Counted from the first letter of the stretch, positions 1 through 15,900 are shown. The stretch: 64,000 nt of DNA from Amphiscolops sp. MND2022 (GCA_964187785.1 OZ076418.1:23126001-23190000), one strand, 5' to 3'. A program made the numbers and translations. The notes: generated from the letters alone by a model not told the origin.

Positions 1-761
1 TTCTGGGATGCCGAATTGATTTCCTGCATAATCTAATTTGAGTTTTGCTATTCAAATTGTTTTGGAAATTTACCATTATTTCCATCATTAATTATATTTA
101 AAAGTTAGGGAAATAATTTATTTTTTTGCGAAGTATTAGGAAAATTATTGATGGCTGTACGTCCATTAAATTCCATTATTTTTACGGAGTCCCTGTAGCG
201 GCAGGGAATTCTTCGAAGTTAAAATTGCGCTCCCAAAGAAATGTTCATAGAATTTCTCCAACATTGATAACAAACTTCCAGAAACATGTTGAGATAATAG
301 TTAAGAATTGTTGCGACTCTATTTCATCTCATCTCTGACATAGGGCATTTCGGTAGTCCATAATTATGTATGCATGTATATACACATGGTGGTGTGCCAC
401 TTGGCCGAATATCCGCTCGGCCGAAAAAACAAAAGGTTTCACTAAGACGAAAAAAAAATAGCACATTTGTTGCATGGCTCGGTGGCTTCGCTCCCTTCGC
501 CAAGTAGCGACATTGAGGCATGGCTATATGGCACGTCGCTCCGCTTAGCTTCGCTCCTGCATTTAGGGCACTAAAAGTATGCGAACATAGCTGACTAGGG
601 GAAATTGAAAAATTCATTTTTTCATCTTTGAACGGACTTCGTTCCGGTTCGACCCCGACAGCCAATCAGATTGCAGAGAATTATATAGTGCTAAGTATTT
701 TTCATCTAAGTGAAACCTTTTGGTTTTTTTTCGGCCAAATGGGAAGCCCCCATTCACATAC

Positions 762-965
762 CTGAGGCCCAGGGGCGGGTTCGCCGTGTCTGTCGACATA
801 GACTTCCACACACGTGGACAGGAAGCGGTCGGTGTAGCCGGACAGTGCCGGGTCCCTGGATCCGGAGAAACTGGACGCCAGGTAGAGGATGGAGCGGAAT
901 CTGTCTCCTGCCTGCAGTTCCCTGGCCACCATCACTCCCACTTCGTCCAAGTTGAGGTGCAAAAA
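762..965 (-). CDS. ZFYVE26: ZFYVE26 exon (last exon seen in window)
   Basis: FLHLNLDEVGVMVARELQAGDRFRSILYL...PGPQ; acceptor TTAAG, donor GTATGT. Confidence 0.75.
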
Positions 966-3900
966 CTTAAACAGAAACAAGATTTGATAAGAAGATGAAA
1001 CGTGATTAAACTGACCCACAAAACTAAGCTTGCATAGTCAAAATCACTGCACTGGTGCAACATGAAACGATGACATCAGTTTTGTTATTGCTAATTAGCC
1101 ATGTAGCGAAATAGCGGCAGCGCTGAAAGTTTCAGCGATTTCATTAGCGGCAATAGAGTTGGGCAACAATTCGTCCCATTTTGAATTGTCTAGCTTTTAA
1201 ATAATCCCATTTGTACAAAAAAACCCAAAGCGGTTTAGCGATCAGCGAAAAATGTAGCGTGGTCAAAACCCTGATTGACATTGTCTTCATTTGCACATAG
1301 TAATAATTGACCTATAAATAAGGGACCTATCGATTGAATTAAATGTCCTGTTTAATAACCAAATAACAACATTGAGAAGCATCACTCTAGACGGTATACT
1401 GACTGTAATCCTTTCTCTACATGCAATTGTAGACTCAGAAGCAGCTGATAGTTTCAGATAACCTTGATGGCATCAGTGGCCAAATTGAAGCCAGTTCCAC
1501 TCTGGTACTCAGCCAGAAGTGCAGCCACCACTCTCACACTCTGGTCTTCACGACCCAGCAAAGTAGGCATGCCTTTTTTGGACGCCTCTTGTCCAGTCAG
1601 GTGACCAGATGAAGATTGTGTCGTTTTCTTGGCCACTTCCGGGAAATGATCGACGTTGCTATTGGACAGAAACTCGGCCACTTGCCTTTGTAGATCAACT
1701 TTGCCTTTCAAGCTAAAAACAGAGATTGTTTTGTTGTCAAACTGAAGGCGTTACAAGCTTTAGTAGTTATGCAAAATTACCAATTTAGCTCCGTAGATGT
1801 TAGATACTTGTTGCCTTCTAGTTTGGAGCCAGGCCTGCAAACATGAAACAATGACAATTTAACAAAGATTTAAAAACATTACAGCGACACAACTGAAGAA
1901 CCAGTGATTTGGAAGGTTTATGATTAACACGTAAAGCGTTAGCAAGTTTTTACTAGCGGCAAAACGTTTTTGCACACGACCGAAGAAACTGGTTTCTCGA
2001 AAACGGATTGCTTGCTACAAGAATCAACATTAGACAAAATATTTGTTGGCTCAAAAGGAAGCATCTCAGAAATTTTTCTCATCAAAATGTTTAATTTTAG
2101 TTGAACACCAAAAGTTTTTTTTAGAAATTAAGGGGTTTACTTGAAAATAAACCAAAAATTTGAAGCATTGGTTGAGTCTTGAGCATAATTTAAAACTGCG
2201 CTTTTTGAAACTTTTTTGTAACGAATCGCCCTGAGAAAGTCAAAAAGTGCCGTTTTTAGCAACCTTTGATCAAGTATTTCTTAGAAATAAGTTAAAATCT
2301 CCAATATCGCCTCCACCTCAATCAGTCTGAAGGAAGTTAATTCTCGAATTAGACCAAAACCGAACAAATTTGAGAAATTAGAGATTAACAATTTTGTAAA
2401 CCTAACTGAAGATAGGTCAGGTCAAATGATGTTTTCGCCTTTCCGTGTTGAGATAAAAAAAGTGAGCAAAACTTAATAAATCTACATACAAAAGCTTTTG
2501 ATTAGGCTCTACTTGAAAGAAATTGAGCGAAATAATTTCGAGAACAGCAATTTGTGAAACCCCGTTTTTAGTCGGCGCATTTTAGTAGAAAATGTGCCCG
2601 ACTATTACAGTGGGTAGTTTTTTTTTTAGACACCAAAGTGCCACTTTTCTTTCTGTCTTTTCTTTTTGTTCTTTGTTCAGTTCATTTCTTCAACAACTTG
2701 GCGAACCTAAGAAGCGCGTTCAAAACGAAAAAGAAAACAAAACAAAAAAAACTCGACAACACACTAACGATCTCCCCTAAGCCTCCCCCCCCCTCCCTCA
2801 CTTTTTTCGGCACTATGCGACTTTTTTTGAAACTTTTTGGATTGCACCAAAGGGTCCCCCCTTTATTTGTTTCGATATTTTAAAACACAATGGATGTCAG
2901 AAAATTCCAAAGGGTCCCCCCTTTTACATTTTTCGGCACTGTGACACTGTTCAAAAATCACATTTTAAAATTTTTTTGAGCAATTTTTTTCAGTCCTTAA
3001 AGGGTCCCCCCTTCAATTTTTTTCATATTTTGCAACCAGCTGGAGTTTCACAAAGCCCAAAGGGTCCCCCTTTTACATTTTTCGACACTGTGACACTGTT
3101 CAATTCATTTTTTTTCATATTATGCCACCAGCTGGAGTTTCACAAAACCCAAAGAGTCCCCCTTTTTACAATTTTGAGCCTTAGATATAGCGCCGACTTT
3201 GGCCGTTCTCGGCTTGCTAATAATACCAAAGGTTGCGCAGAAATGTTATGTACCGATAAAATCATTCAAAAACGTTTGATTGATTTGCACGGGCGCAACG
3301 ATATTAGACATTGACCCTAGAAAAAACGCAACTTCAAACTGTTCTGAGAAAACGAAGGTCATCTCATGCTGCCCTGATGAATTAATCAGTTAAAAATTGA
3401 TCGTGTTTTTTTAGTCGGCGTATTTTGTGAACTATTTATGAAAAAATATATTTATTTACTTGTGAATAAAATATGCCAGACTATTACAAGTATTATTTTT
3501 CTCGTAACATCACAGAATTTATTTGAATGTTCCACTTTCCAACCGACTTCCGCGGAAAACTGCCACTGGGCCTAGTAATTAGGGTACGTGATTGCCAAGA
3601 AGGAAAATTGTGAGTTCGAATACCACGCAAGATATTTGGACGTTTTTTCCACCAGCAAAATTAGGCGAGACCGAAGTATCACTATTCAAGTTTTTGCCGC
3701 ACTCTGTGCAACGTTTTTGCAAACGGTTATTTGATCACTCCCCGTTTGCTTTTTTCCAATATTTGGATTAGAAAACAGCCTTACAGAAGCCCAAAGTATC
3801 TCCCTTGAAATTTTTTTTGGCACTGTCAAGTGACACCTTCCAGAATAGAATTGTCTTTGAGAGCTGCCCCTGATCATATATGAAAGACAGCAATTTTTGA

Positions 3901-6900
3901 GTCTTAAGCGGGGCACCGCCTTCAGATGTTCTGCCCGATTTGTTCTGTTCATATTGTAACACTAACTAACGATTGTAAATTTTGGCTGGCGTGATCAAAA
4001 CACTGGTCTGCTTCGGCCAACAGATGGGAGTGCTTCTCGTACAGCTGTTTGTAGCTCTCGACAATGACGCCATCGTAAATTCTGCACCAATCCTCCCCTG
4101 CTCTCACATAGTCCTGAAACCACAAAAATCTTCAAACGACCTAGAACGAATTCGCTATTCCAAAACGAACACTTCGAAACTTCACTGGTATAATATGAAC
4201 AACACGGGAACGTTTGAAGTCGGCGCTATACCCAAGGCTCAAAAAGCGCAAAGTTTTTAAAACATGCTTAGGACTTTTTTAAATGAATAACACATAAAAG
4301 TGTCAAAACACCCAAAAGGTGCCTTTCGTGCTCGGAAAACGCTTCAAAAGTTCGTATATAGCGTTCTGGGCCACATGGGAGCGCTTTTTTTCGAACCTTC
4401 TCTTAGGCGAAACGCAATATAGTTTGGATATAACGTCAAAATTTCAGATAAACCGCAATATTTTCGAACCTCCAAAATTCAGATAGTATTGAAAAAATAT
4501 TGGTGGATATATATTGAGAAAACCTAATATCAGACGATAAATGAGAATTTTGAAACTGTCACATAGTACCAAAAAATGTAAGGGGGACCCTTTGGGCTTT
4601 TTAACATCCATTGTGTTGCAAAACATCAAAAAAATTGAAGGGGACACTTAAGAGACATTGAAAAATTTTCTTTAAAAAAGCCTCATAAAGCCGAAAAAAT
4701 GAAAGAGAGGACTTTTTAGTCTTGTCCGGTTTTACATGCTATGTTAAAAAGAAAAAACTGAAAGGGGACCCTTTGCAGTAACTTAGATGTGCTTCCGAGG
4801 TATTCGTTTAGTTGAACAAACTGCACAAAAATTTCGTCGCATTCGAACATGTCTTAAAAGAAAAACGAAAAACGAGTGATTGTAATAGTCGCCCTTTCAT
4901 TCTAAAAGTGCCGACTAAAAACGAACACATTTAGACAACAAACCATCCAACCAAAATTCAAAATTCGAGTCCAAAAGCCGACACGAATTACCTGATTGGT
5001 TGAGTGTTTTCAAGTGGTTGTTTGTAATCACAGTAAAAAAAAACCTTAAAAACACTAGTAGAAATAGTTAGACTGGGCATTTTTACCTCCAATGCCAGAT
5101 GCAGATGAACCATGATCTCGGGTTTGTACGTGTCAGAGTTGGAAGCAATAGGCAACAGAAACTTCCTCCAGAAAGCCTTGTCTGTGTTGCTCTCTTGGAT
5201 CTGTCTCAGAAGTTCCTCTATGTGAGAACCGCCGCCGTCTTTCTCACCCAACTGAACAGCCACCTATTATATACACAAGAACTAAAGAAACTATCATGAC
5301 AATCAGCAGTATGAGAAAAAAAACATTATAATCAGGGTTCTAAAAATCACAGATGATCTAGACACGTTTCAAAACCATAACCACAATGTTTTGTTGGAAA
5401 CTTATTTTCAGAACGAAAACAAGGGTCGTTAAAATTTTCAAAAATCGAGAGCCTCTGCATAAAATCTATCAAGTGTAACACCCTAAGAATTGCCAACAAG
5501 GCCGGAACGGTCGCTCAAGACTGAAAAAAAAAGTATTTTAAATTTGGTAAAAACCTGATTTTGAAAAAAATGAAAAATCGTACAGTGACGAAAAAAGCTC
5601 ACACAAAAATGAAAAAAAAATTGAAGAGGATCCTTTGAATGTTCTTTGAATTCTGGGCGAGTAAAAAATGGACCCTTCAAAAGAGTTCGGTCTATGGCAA
5701 AAAACTAGGCACTATAAGAGTCGAACACTTCTATTGTTGAACCAATTGCCAACCAAACCCCTTTTTTAGATCTGTGACGTCACGAGAGGTATGTAAGAGC
5801 GTGGTTTTGCTAGTTGTTGGGGAGTTACCTTGAACAGGTTCTTGTTGAAGTCTTCGGCGGTGATCAAATTGGAAGAATCTGTGAAAACGTCCAGGGCTCT
5901 TTTCATTTCACCGCGATCCGCATAAAAGGAGACCAAGTTGCGGCATGGTAGATATGTCTCCACGTAGAAAGCACACTCTTCTAGTCTTTGCAAGTTGTTG
6001 GTCAACAGGGGAATCTGAAAGGAAAGAGAGAAAGAAAGAAATGATGCTTCAAAAAAGAAAAAAAATCAGCCCCACAGATTTCTGTGACTGCAAAAACTTC
6101 AAATAAAGTTGAGGCAGAATATTCATCTCATCCAGATTTTTTAACGAAACAGTTTCCTGAGAAATCTAACACAGGCCAAATCTATGGCATAACAAGTGCA
6201 AACATTAAACTTTTTTCAAAGCATTCAAGCTTTGAACAATAAGCTTTATTACTTCGATAAAGGAGACTACTTGTAAATGATAATGACTTTTTGCGTTCAC
6301 TCTTTTGAAAGCAATCAGAATTCTCTCAGCGAACTATTAAATAGTTGCCAACATCAACTCTATGCTACATAGCGCATCGGCAGTAAAGAGGTGAGGAAGG
6401 TTGCAAATAAAAAGTTTTAATTTTAATAATTTTAATAAAAATCCAGCTTACGCAAAAATACCAACAAACAGCCCAGTGGCACTTCAATTAGAAGAAAACT
6501 TGAATTTTAATTTGTTTGGAGATGAATTGTACAAAACACCCTACACGAAAATACACATTTTTGGATTAACAATTTATCGCAGAAGAAATGCAAGTATATC
6601 AGGTCTGAGAGGCAGCCGAGTTGTAGTAACAGCCAAATGTTTTTCCAAGTAGAACACCGTTCACATGTACAGCGCTCGTTGCTTCAATGAAGACGCTATC
6701 AGGTGGAACAGCAGTGACTTTGTTCCAATTCTCCATCAACAGTTATTAAAAGCGTTTTTTAGAGTACTTCCAACTTCATTTAGGTTTTTTAAAGTGTCTA
6801 TTGAAAGTTCACGTGCCATTATTTGAGTTTGCTCGTATCCTAATTGCAAGAAAGTGCAGTGTTTCTTACCTCTGATTTCAATTCGTCTTCCATCTTGACC

Positions 6901-9900
6901 CAGAAATCTTCAAACTAAAGAAAACAATTTATGTGAAGATCCATTGAGAGAGGGGTAAGTAATATGTTTTTAGCCGGCGCACTTTAACAAAATAAGCCCG
7001 ACTATTACAGTGGTAAGTTTTTTTCGTCAGATAAAAGAATGTATGCGTGTATGCGTAGTGGACACTTTTTAGAGAACTATTAAACTACTGGACCGGCAAA
7101 CGGAAACGCATCTAAGTTAGTGCAAAGGTTCCGCCCTTTCATTTACTCCTTTTTTAACGTAAGATACAAAACCGGACGAGACTAAAGGGTCACCCCTTTG
7201 AATTTTTTTGGGCACTGTGCGACTTTTTTTCGATTTTTTTTTGTCGCCAAAGGGTTCCCACTTCAAGTTTTTTGATGTTTTGCAGCAAACTGAAGTTTCA
7301 AAAAGCCCAAAAGGTCTCCCCTTTCAAGTTTTTCGGCACTATGAGACTGTTTCAAAATTCTCATTCTTCGTTTTTTTTCGAAAATTTTTTCAAAAAAAAT
7401 TTCGAATTTTTTAAAAGGTCCCCTTTTCATTTTTTTTCATATTTTACAATTTTAAAAATTTTGCGCTTTTTGACCCTTAGATATAGCGCCGGCTTTAGAC
7501 GTTCCCGTCTTGTTTTCAATAAATTCATGCATAAAAGGGAGCTACTAGTATCAGTTCAAAATGAGAAAACAAGTAAAAATTATGGTAAGAAATCTGGCAG
7601 TTGCGCTTTTCTGAGACGACTCAGGTTGGTCTATTACGACAGAATTTATGGAAGTATTCGACATATTTTCGGCACTTGTTAGATGAAATTGGTTAGTTTC
7701 ATCACTAGAAACGCCGAGGATGAAAGGGCAAACAACTGAAAAAGTGATAACTATGAAAACTACTTTATAAACTGTAATTAGCAACCGATTTAAAAGTAGA
7801 TGGAGTCGGGTTCATGACATTGGTCTCCATCGTTTCGATTATTTCCTTCACAAGGTCCTCGTTTTTCAGAGATCGGCTCTAAAACACAAAATAGCTATTA
7901 CCTACAACTTCGCGATCCTTCAGCCATCTCTTCATGTGAATCATAAATTGATAGAATACCCAATTTCGACCACTGTGGGTGTATTTGGCATCATTTTGAG
8001 TTGGACTATATCTCTTTCTACGGCAGTTGAAATCTTTGGAAATCGAATATAATTCAAAATGCGACTCGGATCATTTTCCACCAAAACGTGATATCAAGAC
8101 ATCCAGTTAGACATATACCCCTTCCTAGTGAAAGTCAACAAAAACTTTTGACGAAAAAAATCGGATTTGAAACTTTTTGTATTTAGAAGCGTGAAATAAA
8201 ACTGAACAAGACGAGCGCTGAGCAGCGGGATATTTTCCGCCCCGAAATAAACCAGCTACATGTTCTTGAGGCTCGAGCGCGAAAACTTGTACACCTTTCA
8301 TTTCATTTCACGCTTTGTTTTGAAAAACACTGAAAAAATCATTGTCCAAACAAAGTATATGTTTAGTAACCAAACCTTTTGTTATTGAACTCCATTATTA
8401 TTCATATTACATTCTTGCATTTTTGAATTTTCTGGATAATTTAACTCACCAAAATGTTGCGAAATTGTACAAAAAAAGCTTTAAAAAGTTTTAAAAAAAC
8501 ATTTTTGAAATTTCATGTTTTTGTGGTTGATTTGAGGCACTTCATCAACTAAACAGTTGGGATTTCTTTTCAAACAAGCGTCCTGGATAGTAGTCAAACG
8601 TCCGTGAATTTGAACTCACTAACTGATCGATGATTCTTTTAAATATTGAAATTTTGCCACGTCTGGAATAATAAACGTTTCTGGTTCCAACTATCATTTG
8701 TCACTGGGAAAGGCCAGTACCCAAAGAATCTTCAAAAAAAATCATATTTTTTTGTTGAAAAATACCATATGGCCGAAAAAGAAATTAAGAACAGAATCAG
8801 CGGCCAATAAAAGAGCTTCAGACGCTTTGTCAAAACAGGGTCAAATAAAGAAAGGACACGGGTAATCGGTGAATGGAATAAGAACAAACTTATTGCAAAA
8901 GTTATTGTAGCATCTCATTTAAAAGCTTCCACAAAATTTATCTTCTTACACTGTCAAGACACTTCTTGAAAAAGGCTCTTGCTTCATCCAAAGCTCCTGT
9001 TTTCAGAGCTGACAATCCCCATCTTTTGTACACTTGTTTCGCATCCAGATCGCACTTTTGACAGAACTCCAGAGCCTCCGTATATTTGCCCTGTTTCATC
9101 AACTGCATGATCACGTTCTCATTATGGGTCTTGGAATCCATGATAGTTGCCAAATTCGGGATGGAATCGTACTCGATTCGAAGCAGCAATTGCAGTGCTT
9201 CTATGCCCAAAGAAAGCTTGTCAAATTCTTTCTCAAGTTCGTTTATTTGGTCGACTGATGGCGAAATTTTGAAGTTGTAGAAATTGTAGGGTTCCGCAAT
9301 TGTCTCGATCTCAGCCGTAGCAGATTTAGTTGAGTTGCCGCGTTGAATTTTTGACTGCGCCATTCCCATCAGGTTTTGCATCAAGCTGTGAAAAAAATAT
9401 ATATTTCGCGTTTTGGGATTTGTAAACTAATTTCAATAGAACAGCCCGGGTCACTGCCCGGGACATTTATTAGTCCGGCATCAGATCTGTGCTTAGATTT
9501 AGAAAGCTCCGTCGCCCTAGATACTCGCTCTAACAGACCTCGAAATGTCTGCTTTACCTCTGGATTGTCATCTCGGATAATACATGAACTGTTAATCAAA
9601 TTTTTGGCACATAATTAAGGTCGCATTCAGTTTTTCCAGATTTTACTACTTCATTCGTAGTTTTTATGACTGCAATATGAATGAAATTCATCGATTTCTT
9701 AGTCTGATGATATTTTCTCGCTAGATTTATTTGACTAGATATAAGAGCCGCGGCTTTTGCTCAAGTTTACTCACAACATGACCCCCATGTTAGCCGTGTT
9801 GTTAGCACTGGCAGATTCGGAGGGGTCTCTCTTCTTCTGGATGTTGAAGTACTCGGAGATGGTCTTCACCTCGGAGAACAAGAAGTTCACAACCTCGTCA

Positions 9901-12900
9901 ACGTTGAAGTGCAAGGCCACGATGGACTCGAACAGACAGAACGAGGGGGCGTTGGTATAGAAAAACTCTCCTATCACTTCGTGTGCGTCTTCCTCGGCTG
10001 AAGGCAATTTCCAGAAAGCCGCTTTACCGTCCTTAACGACAGAGTTTGACGCTATTTGAAATATTGTTTAACAAGTCGGGAACGGCATAAGTCGGCGCCA
10101 TACGTAAGGCTCAAAAAAGCACAAGGACTTCAAAGTCAAATATTATTCTCTTCTACAGTACCCGAAAAACCAAAAAGTTGGATCGAACTGGAGCGCTAAA
10201 AGAGGGGACCCTTTCGGATTTTTTTATTATCCATTGTGTTACAAAATATCAAAAACTTTAAGACCCTTTGAGGACTTTAAAATTTTTCAAAAAAAGTCTC
10301 ACAATGCTGGAAAAAACTGAAAGGGGGGCCCTTCAGTCTCGCACGGTATTGAATGTTACGCTGAAAAGGAATATCTTTTATATTTCTCTATATCCAATTA
10401 GGTTAAAAGATTTTCTCTATAGAGGAAAAAACATACGTTTTGGTCGTCAAACATAGAAGAGTCGAGTTTAGCGATATTGGGAGGTAGCGAGTTCGAATCC
10501 CCGAAGTTCCCTCCTTTTCCAGCATTTGTGTCTGACCTTTCCCTGCCATGTGCAATACTGGCAGTCTGGGTTCCGATGGCTTCTTGGATAGCACGTGTCT
10601 TGAGACAGTTCAAGCACACTGAGATAGGGGTGCTGTTGATCTCGTGAAAATTGCGACATCTGGAAACAGAAAAAAATCACCGGCTGGGAAAAGTTTAGAA
10701 AGCACTACTCACTCCCCAAATGATTCCCAGTTAAATTGATTCTAGAATTTTTCCAATTTCATTCAGTGCTTTAAACCCTAAACGATTTTTCACTAAGTGA
10801 AAATGAATTTATTCTAAGATGAATCAGTCAATTATCAACAGATTCGAATACAGACAACATAGTTCCTACAAACAAGATCCTTTTAATTAATTTGGGCTAG
10901 AATATTTTAAAAATTGCATTATTTTAAAATTTATCTTAATTGTAAAAAGATCCTATTTCGGTCCAGATATACTACGCTTTCTTGCGACACCACATTCAGG
11001 TTTTATTGTTCCTATGGTATTGGGAGTTTTCTTTTTATACGTTTTTTGCAACTAACTTCATACCAAAATTTTTGGAAAGAAACTCCAGTTTTCGGGAAAC
11101 AAGAATAAACAAGGTATTATCAAAATAACCAAGAAAGAATATTTAAGAAAACTAAGAAAACATGGGATGTGTTTCGCGAACAGAGTTAACGCTGTCAGAA
11201 TGGCACCCGCGTCATAGTACTTACTTGCTACAGATAACTCGGCCGCAAGTTCTGCAGTGATGTCTCCGAGCTAGAACATATCCAAACTCAACTCCACAGA
11301 TGCAACAATGGGTGGCTTCGTTGTCTTTCACCCACTCCGGGTCCATTTCAGTGATGATCCGAATCTTAGGCCCCGAGGTTGAAGTCTGATAAAATCCAGG
11401 GATGTTTAGAAATGATCCATCGAACAATTATTTCACTTGATTGTTTCGAAGCAAAAACCAACGATGATAATTTCCTTGTGAAAGATAACTACGTATTCAA
11501 TAACTAATTGGCGCTCTTATTCAGGTTGTGGCACAAATAACAATGAACGCTTGCTTAAATTTAAAGGGCAAAGCCTGTTATTTAGACGGTCCCAACGATC
11601 AATTTTTGGCACTGTGGGACTTTTTCCAAAATATAATTATTTTTCAAAACTCGATTACTCCCAGCCTACTCACTCAAATTTTTTAACCATTGAAGTCTCG
11701 ATAGGAGCTACTTTAGTTCAACTAAATGAGGAACAATCACTTAAAATATCAGACTTTGCGAGAACCTTGGTTTAAGAAATCTTTTTTCCCGAATGAGTGA
11801 CCAAAATTGTTTCCCTCTACTATACGTAGTCGAGCTATTATGTAACATCCCTGTCCAATCACAACACTTAGAGACAACTCTTCTGGTTCTTTGTTGCTAG
11901 CCACGGACACGAGTGACGTCAGTGAATCCGATCTGCCAATTTTGGGCACGTAAGCACTGAGAAGCAAGGGTTCCAGTTTCATGGCAAGTCTGGCGTAGTG
12001 CAAAATTGGTTTTTGCAAAGCTTCAATTGAGTTATGAGTAATGAACTCTTCTCCCAAAAACTTTTTCTCTTCCAGATGTTGTGAAGCGTAGATTACAGAA
12101 ACTTTGAGAAAGATTTTCTTGAGAGATTCTATGTCGGAGTTCATAAACAGTTGGTCTATGATAAGATGGGGCGTTCGTATCAGGTGAAGGTACTTGCATT
12201 GTACGTCGTTTGGCACTTCTTTCAGCATCAGAAGGGAAAGGAACTGATGACGTAACACATCTATTTCCTGATCAGACGTGATCAAACAGTGTTGTAAAGG
12301 CGATATAAATAGAACTTGATGAACAAGTAGCCTCAATAGTACAAGAAAAAGTAAAAAACATTAGTTTCGGAAAGCTTTTTTGGTCAATGCAAATTCTCGG
12401 CAAATACAGAATTGCAGCTCTGAACGATTTTCAGATTTCATAAACGAATTTGATGGCCTTGAATCCAGATTAACAGAAGAAAAACTGGGATAAAGCATGG
12501 TCACATTGGTTTGTATTAGAGTTAGGAACAAGTATTATGAAGTTTGAAGTTTCTATTTTATTTCGAAGTTTACGGCATTTTTCAAGTTAGTAACTTGATT
12601 GGAATGAAATTCACATCACCACGACCACTGCATAATGTTTGCTGTCAAAGACCGGGAAAATGTCTTTCCTGAAGACTACTATTGTTAATGATTTCATATC
12701 TGAGTGTGCAAAAATTCTTCCTCAATTGGGGACCTTCAATATAAACTTTCCTTGATTCAAGAAACGTATTTGTACCAAGATCAACACGTGGACATGCAAA
12801 AGTTAACCATGATATTTTTTTGCAAGCAAAGCCAATCTTAATTGAAAAGGCCATATCATCAAACAAGACGCCCGCGGACCAGCGGGATATTTTCCGCCCC

Positions 12901-15900
12901 AAATCATTTGAGCAACAAAATCGTTTTAAGTCCAAAAATCTTTACAAATACATATCGCATGGAACTAAATTTATGTCAGTTGAATTCTGTGAATGTACTT
13001 CTTCATATTACGTGAACAATAATTCTTGGCAAATTTTGTAAAAAAAACCGTTTGATTTAAATATTTTCCTTTCCCATATGAAATATGGGCGGAAAATAAT
13101 AACAGCCGTAATTTTGATTCAGTTGTAAAAAATGCCCTCAAATGATCGCTGTACTTTTCTCCTTGAAAGAAATTACTCTAAAAAGATTTTAATGCAAGCA
13201 AAAATTCACCAAGAATGCCTGTTAGATGGCGCTTTTGCGCCAGTTCAATAAACATTTACCCTGATTCAAATTTGTGACACTTATTTTCTTATGTTCAGCT
13301 AATTGCAAAAAAAATAAACCTGCGGGACACAGTATTATTTCCTGCTTTTAGGCTTTCATGTTCTATAATAGAAGCAAATCTTAAACATTTATATAGCGCA
13401 CAATTAATCACTACCAGTTTACACCGCCTTTAATTCTTCCGCCAACGAATAATTAACACTCGTTCGGTTCATCTCAATGAGTTCGGCGTACGAATGCATA
13501 ATTACCACTCGCTCGTTCCATCGCACGAGAAACTAATTGTTGTCGGAAGCTTGAGAAATTTAAATCTCACGCTTATACTCACTGCCGAACAAAATATCCG
13601 TATTTTTCAGTATCACGACACGAATTGTACTGTAAAAAAAAGTAAGTTGAATTCTCAAAATTTCAATAATATTCCTGCTATCGCAGAAATAATAAAAACT
13701 AAAACAGCCGTTGCCTACAACCCAGATTTGAGGGGGGGGTACTAACACCGGAGTGGTATTTTTTGAATGAGACGCTCCATTGAGAATCGCGATATTTTCC
13801 GACCTCATTACGTTAGCGCCAACATAGTACTCGAATGTAGCAGATACACAACGGAACTTGCAGAAGCTCAAATCATTCTTTCAGAAGTATGTCAAGTAGC
13901 TGAACTTTGTCGTTGAATTCTTTGCATTATCATACCCATCTTGACATGCAAAAAATTGTACTAAATTGACATAAGACGATAAAAATTTCAAAAACATCGC
14001 ATTTTTCGGGCATTATTTTCTTAGCAAAACTTAGTACTTCTCAATTTGAAAATTATATTATGTTGGGTAGCTGCTTGTTTTGTCTTAGGTTTCTGTGAAA
14101 ATTCATATCAACGAAAACATTTTTCAAAATTAAAAATATAAGGAATATTGCATAAAACATCAAAAATTTGAACAGAAAGAAGCATTTTCGGGGCATTCTG
14201 CCACTTTTTTTGAAAAAAATCTAATATCTCTAGGACCACGTTCGCTACGGACTTAATTTAATTTTAGTTGAATTCAATAGAGCCATTTTCGGATATAAAA
14301 TGAGAAAATAGCAAAATTTGGAAAAAAACGCTTTCGAGTTTATAATTTCCCTTCCCATATGGAAATATGGGCAGAAAATTACAAAAAATGTGTGTGAACA
14401 AAACTTTACAACACTGGATCTGAGAAGAAATCGAAGACTGCTGAAGTAATTTTGTCGAGAAGGAAAGTGATCACAATGCAGCTACTCGTGACGTCACAAC
14501 ATTTCAGCACTTCCTGGCAAGTGTGGAATAGCTGGTTTCTGGGGAACTTGCTCTGATGCAGAGCCTCTATGAAGCGGATGATTCTGCCCTTCTTCGCAAA
14601 ATCTTTCATGGATAACAGCAGCACTTGTTCACGGATCTCCACATCCACGTTTGGGTTCAACTCACACCACATTTTGGCCATCTAAATCAGAAGCGACAAT
14701 TATTAGTCAGCAAAGGTCTATCTTTCACTTCTATATTGGTGTATGAATATACATCCATATACATGTAATTCTTCTAAATAAATATCATTACTTGACAATA
14801 GAATTGAAAACTTTTCAAAAAAAGAGGTATAGGTAACAAAACAACCCTTGGAAAAAAATTATCACAGACCATGGTTTTCAGCGGCTAATTTAATTGAAAC
14901 TGGGCCCTACTAAAAATTCTTCCACTCGCCAAAATATCTTTAAAAATGTTAATCTTCCCATGCAAAACATCATTTTGAACATGCTTATTTCATGTTAAAA
15001 CTAAGAGTTAGGACCAAAACCCATTGAACAAAATGATATTCCTATTTGAAAAAAAATCTGAAACTCACAGTGCCGAAAAAAAACATTGCCGAAAAAACGC
15101 AAGAAACATCAAAGCGAAAACTCTTTTGTGGAATAAAAATTTTCCACAAAAAGTCACAGTGCCGAAAAACCCAGAAGATTATAGAAACTGAAAGTATTTA
15201 TAGAAACAAATGGGACCCTTCTGGAAAATTAAAAATTTTCGAAAAAATTCACACAGTGCCAAAAATAACCCTCAAATCTTTTTCACTCAAACTTTCAATC
15301 TTTTTCAAAAAATGAAAGAATTTTAACATTGAGCATGAAATGGTCACTTCGACCGGATTGGAATAAAAACACAACGCGAAAAGGCACTATTATAGTCGCG
15401 TTTCATTCCATGAAGCACCGAATAAAACGGGTGCGAGACAGACAAGAGTTTCACTCGATTTTTTTGAGTAGCAGTGAAAGCATTCAAGATTTTGTGATCG
15501 GCGCTCTGTGTTTCAATAATTCCAGTGTACACAGAAATATTCATAAGAAAAAACACGATGCTTTAGAAATTCCACCTTGAATCTGGAGTACTGCGTGCAG
15601 ACTCGTTTGATGATGTCATCATACGTTGGTTTCTCGAACTTCTCCTTGACATGAACCCACTGCCCACTCCGGTCCAACTTCTCTTTTGTCGGGAACAGCT
15701 TCAGAATCTGCAGTGCAACAACAATCAAAGTTTACGCCTCGCTACGAATAATTCAAGAAAATGATGCCTAATCTGATCAATAGGGCAAAAAAAGTTCGGA
15801 GTTTTACAAAAGAAGCATTTCAGTGGACCGTTTTGAATGATTTTATTTGATCGAAATTAGGAACGTAGTCAAATTTGTGTGTCTTGCAAGAACATTTTGA

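Noticed and set aside
2780-3170. Regularly spaced AAGGGTCCCCC motifs resembling a CRISPR array (also ~47990-48290)
   Set aside because: The intervening sequences are homologous to each other (tandem minisatellite units), the context is eukaryotic, no cas genes are present, and they lie inside family A elements.
2592-3314. F/K-rich short ORFs in repeats (also 7272-7682, 15046-15315, 19784-20143, 40577-40884, 47847-48332)
   Set aside because: Translations of A/T-run-rich family A repeat interiors; not protein-like.
7638-7735. Candidate extra ZFYVE26 exon (ORF 7551-7784)
   Set aside because: Its phase is incompatible with the upstream exon, and the neighbouring exons join in frame without it.
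9381-9599. 72-aa minus-strand ORF as a ZFYVE26 exon
   Set aside because: The flanking exons (9775 and 9385) join directly in phase and collinear with spastizin.
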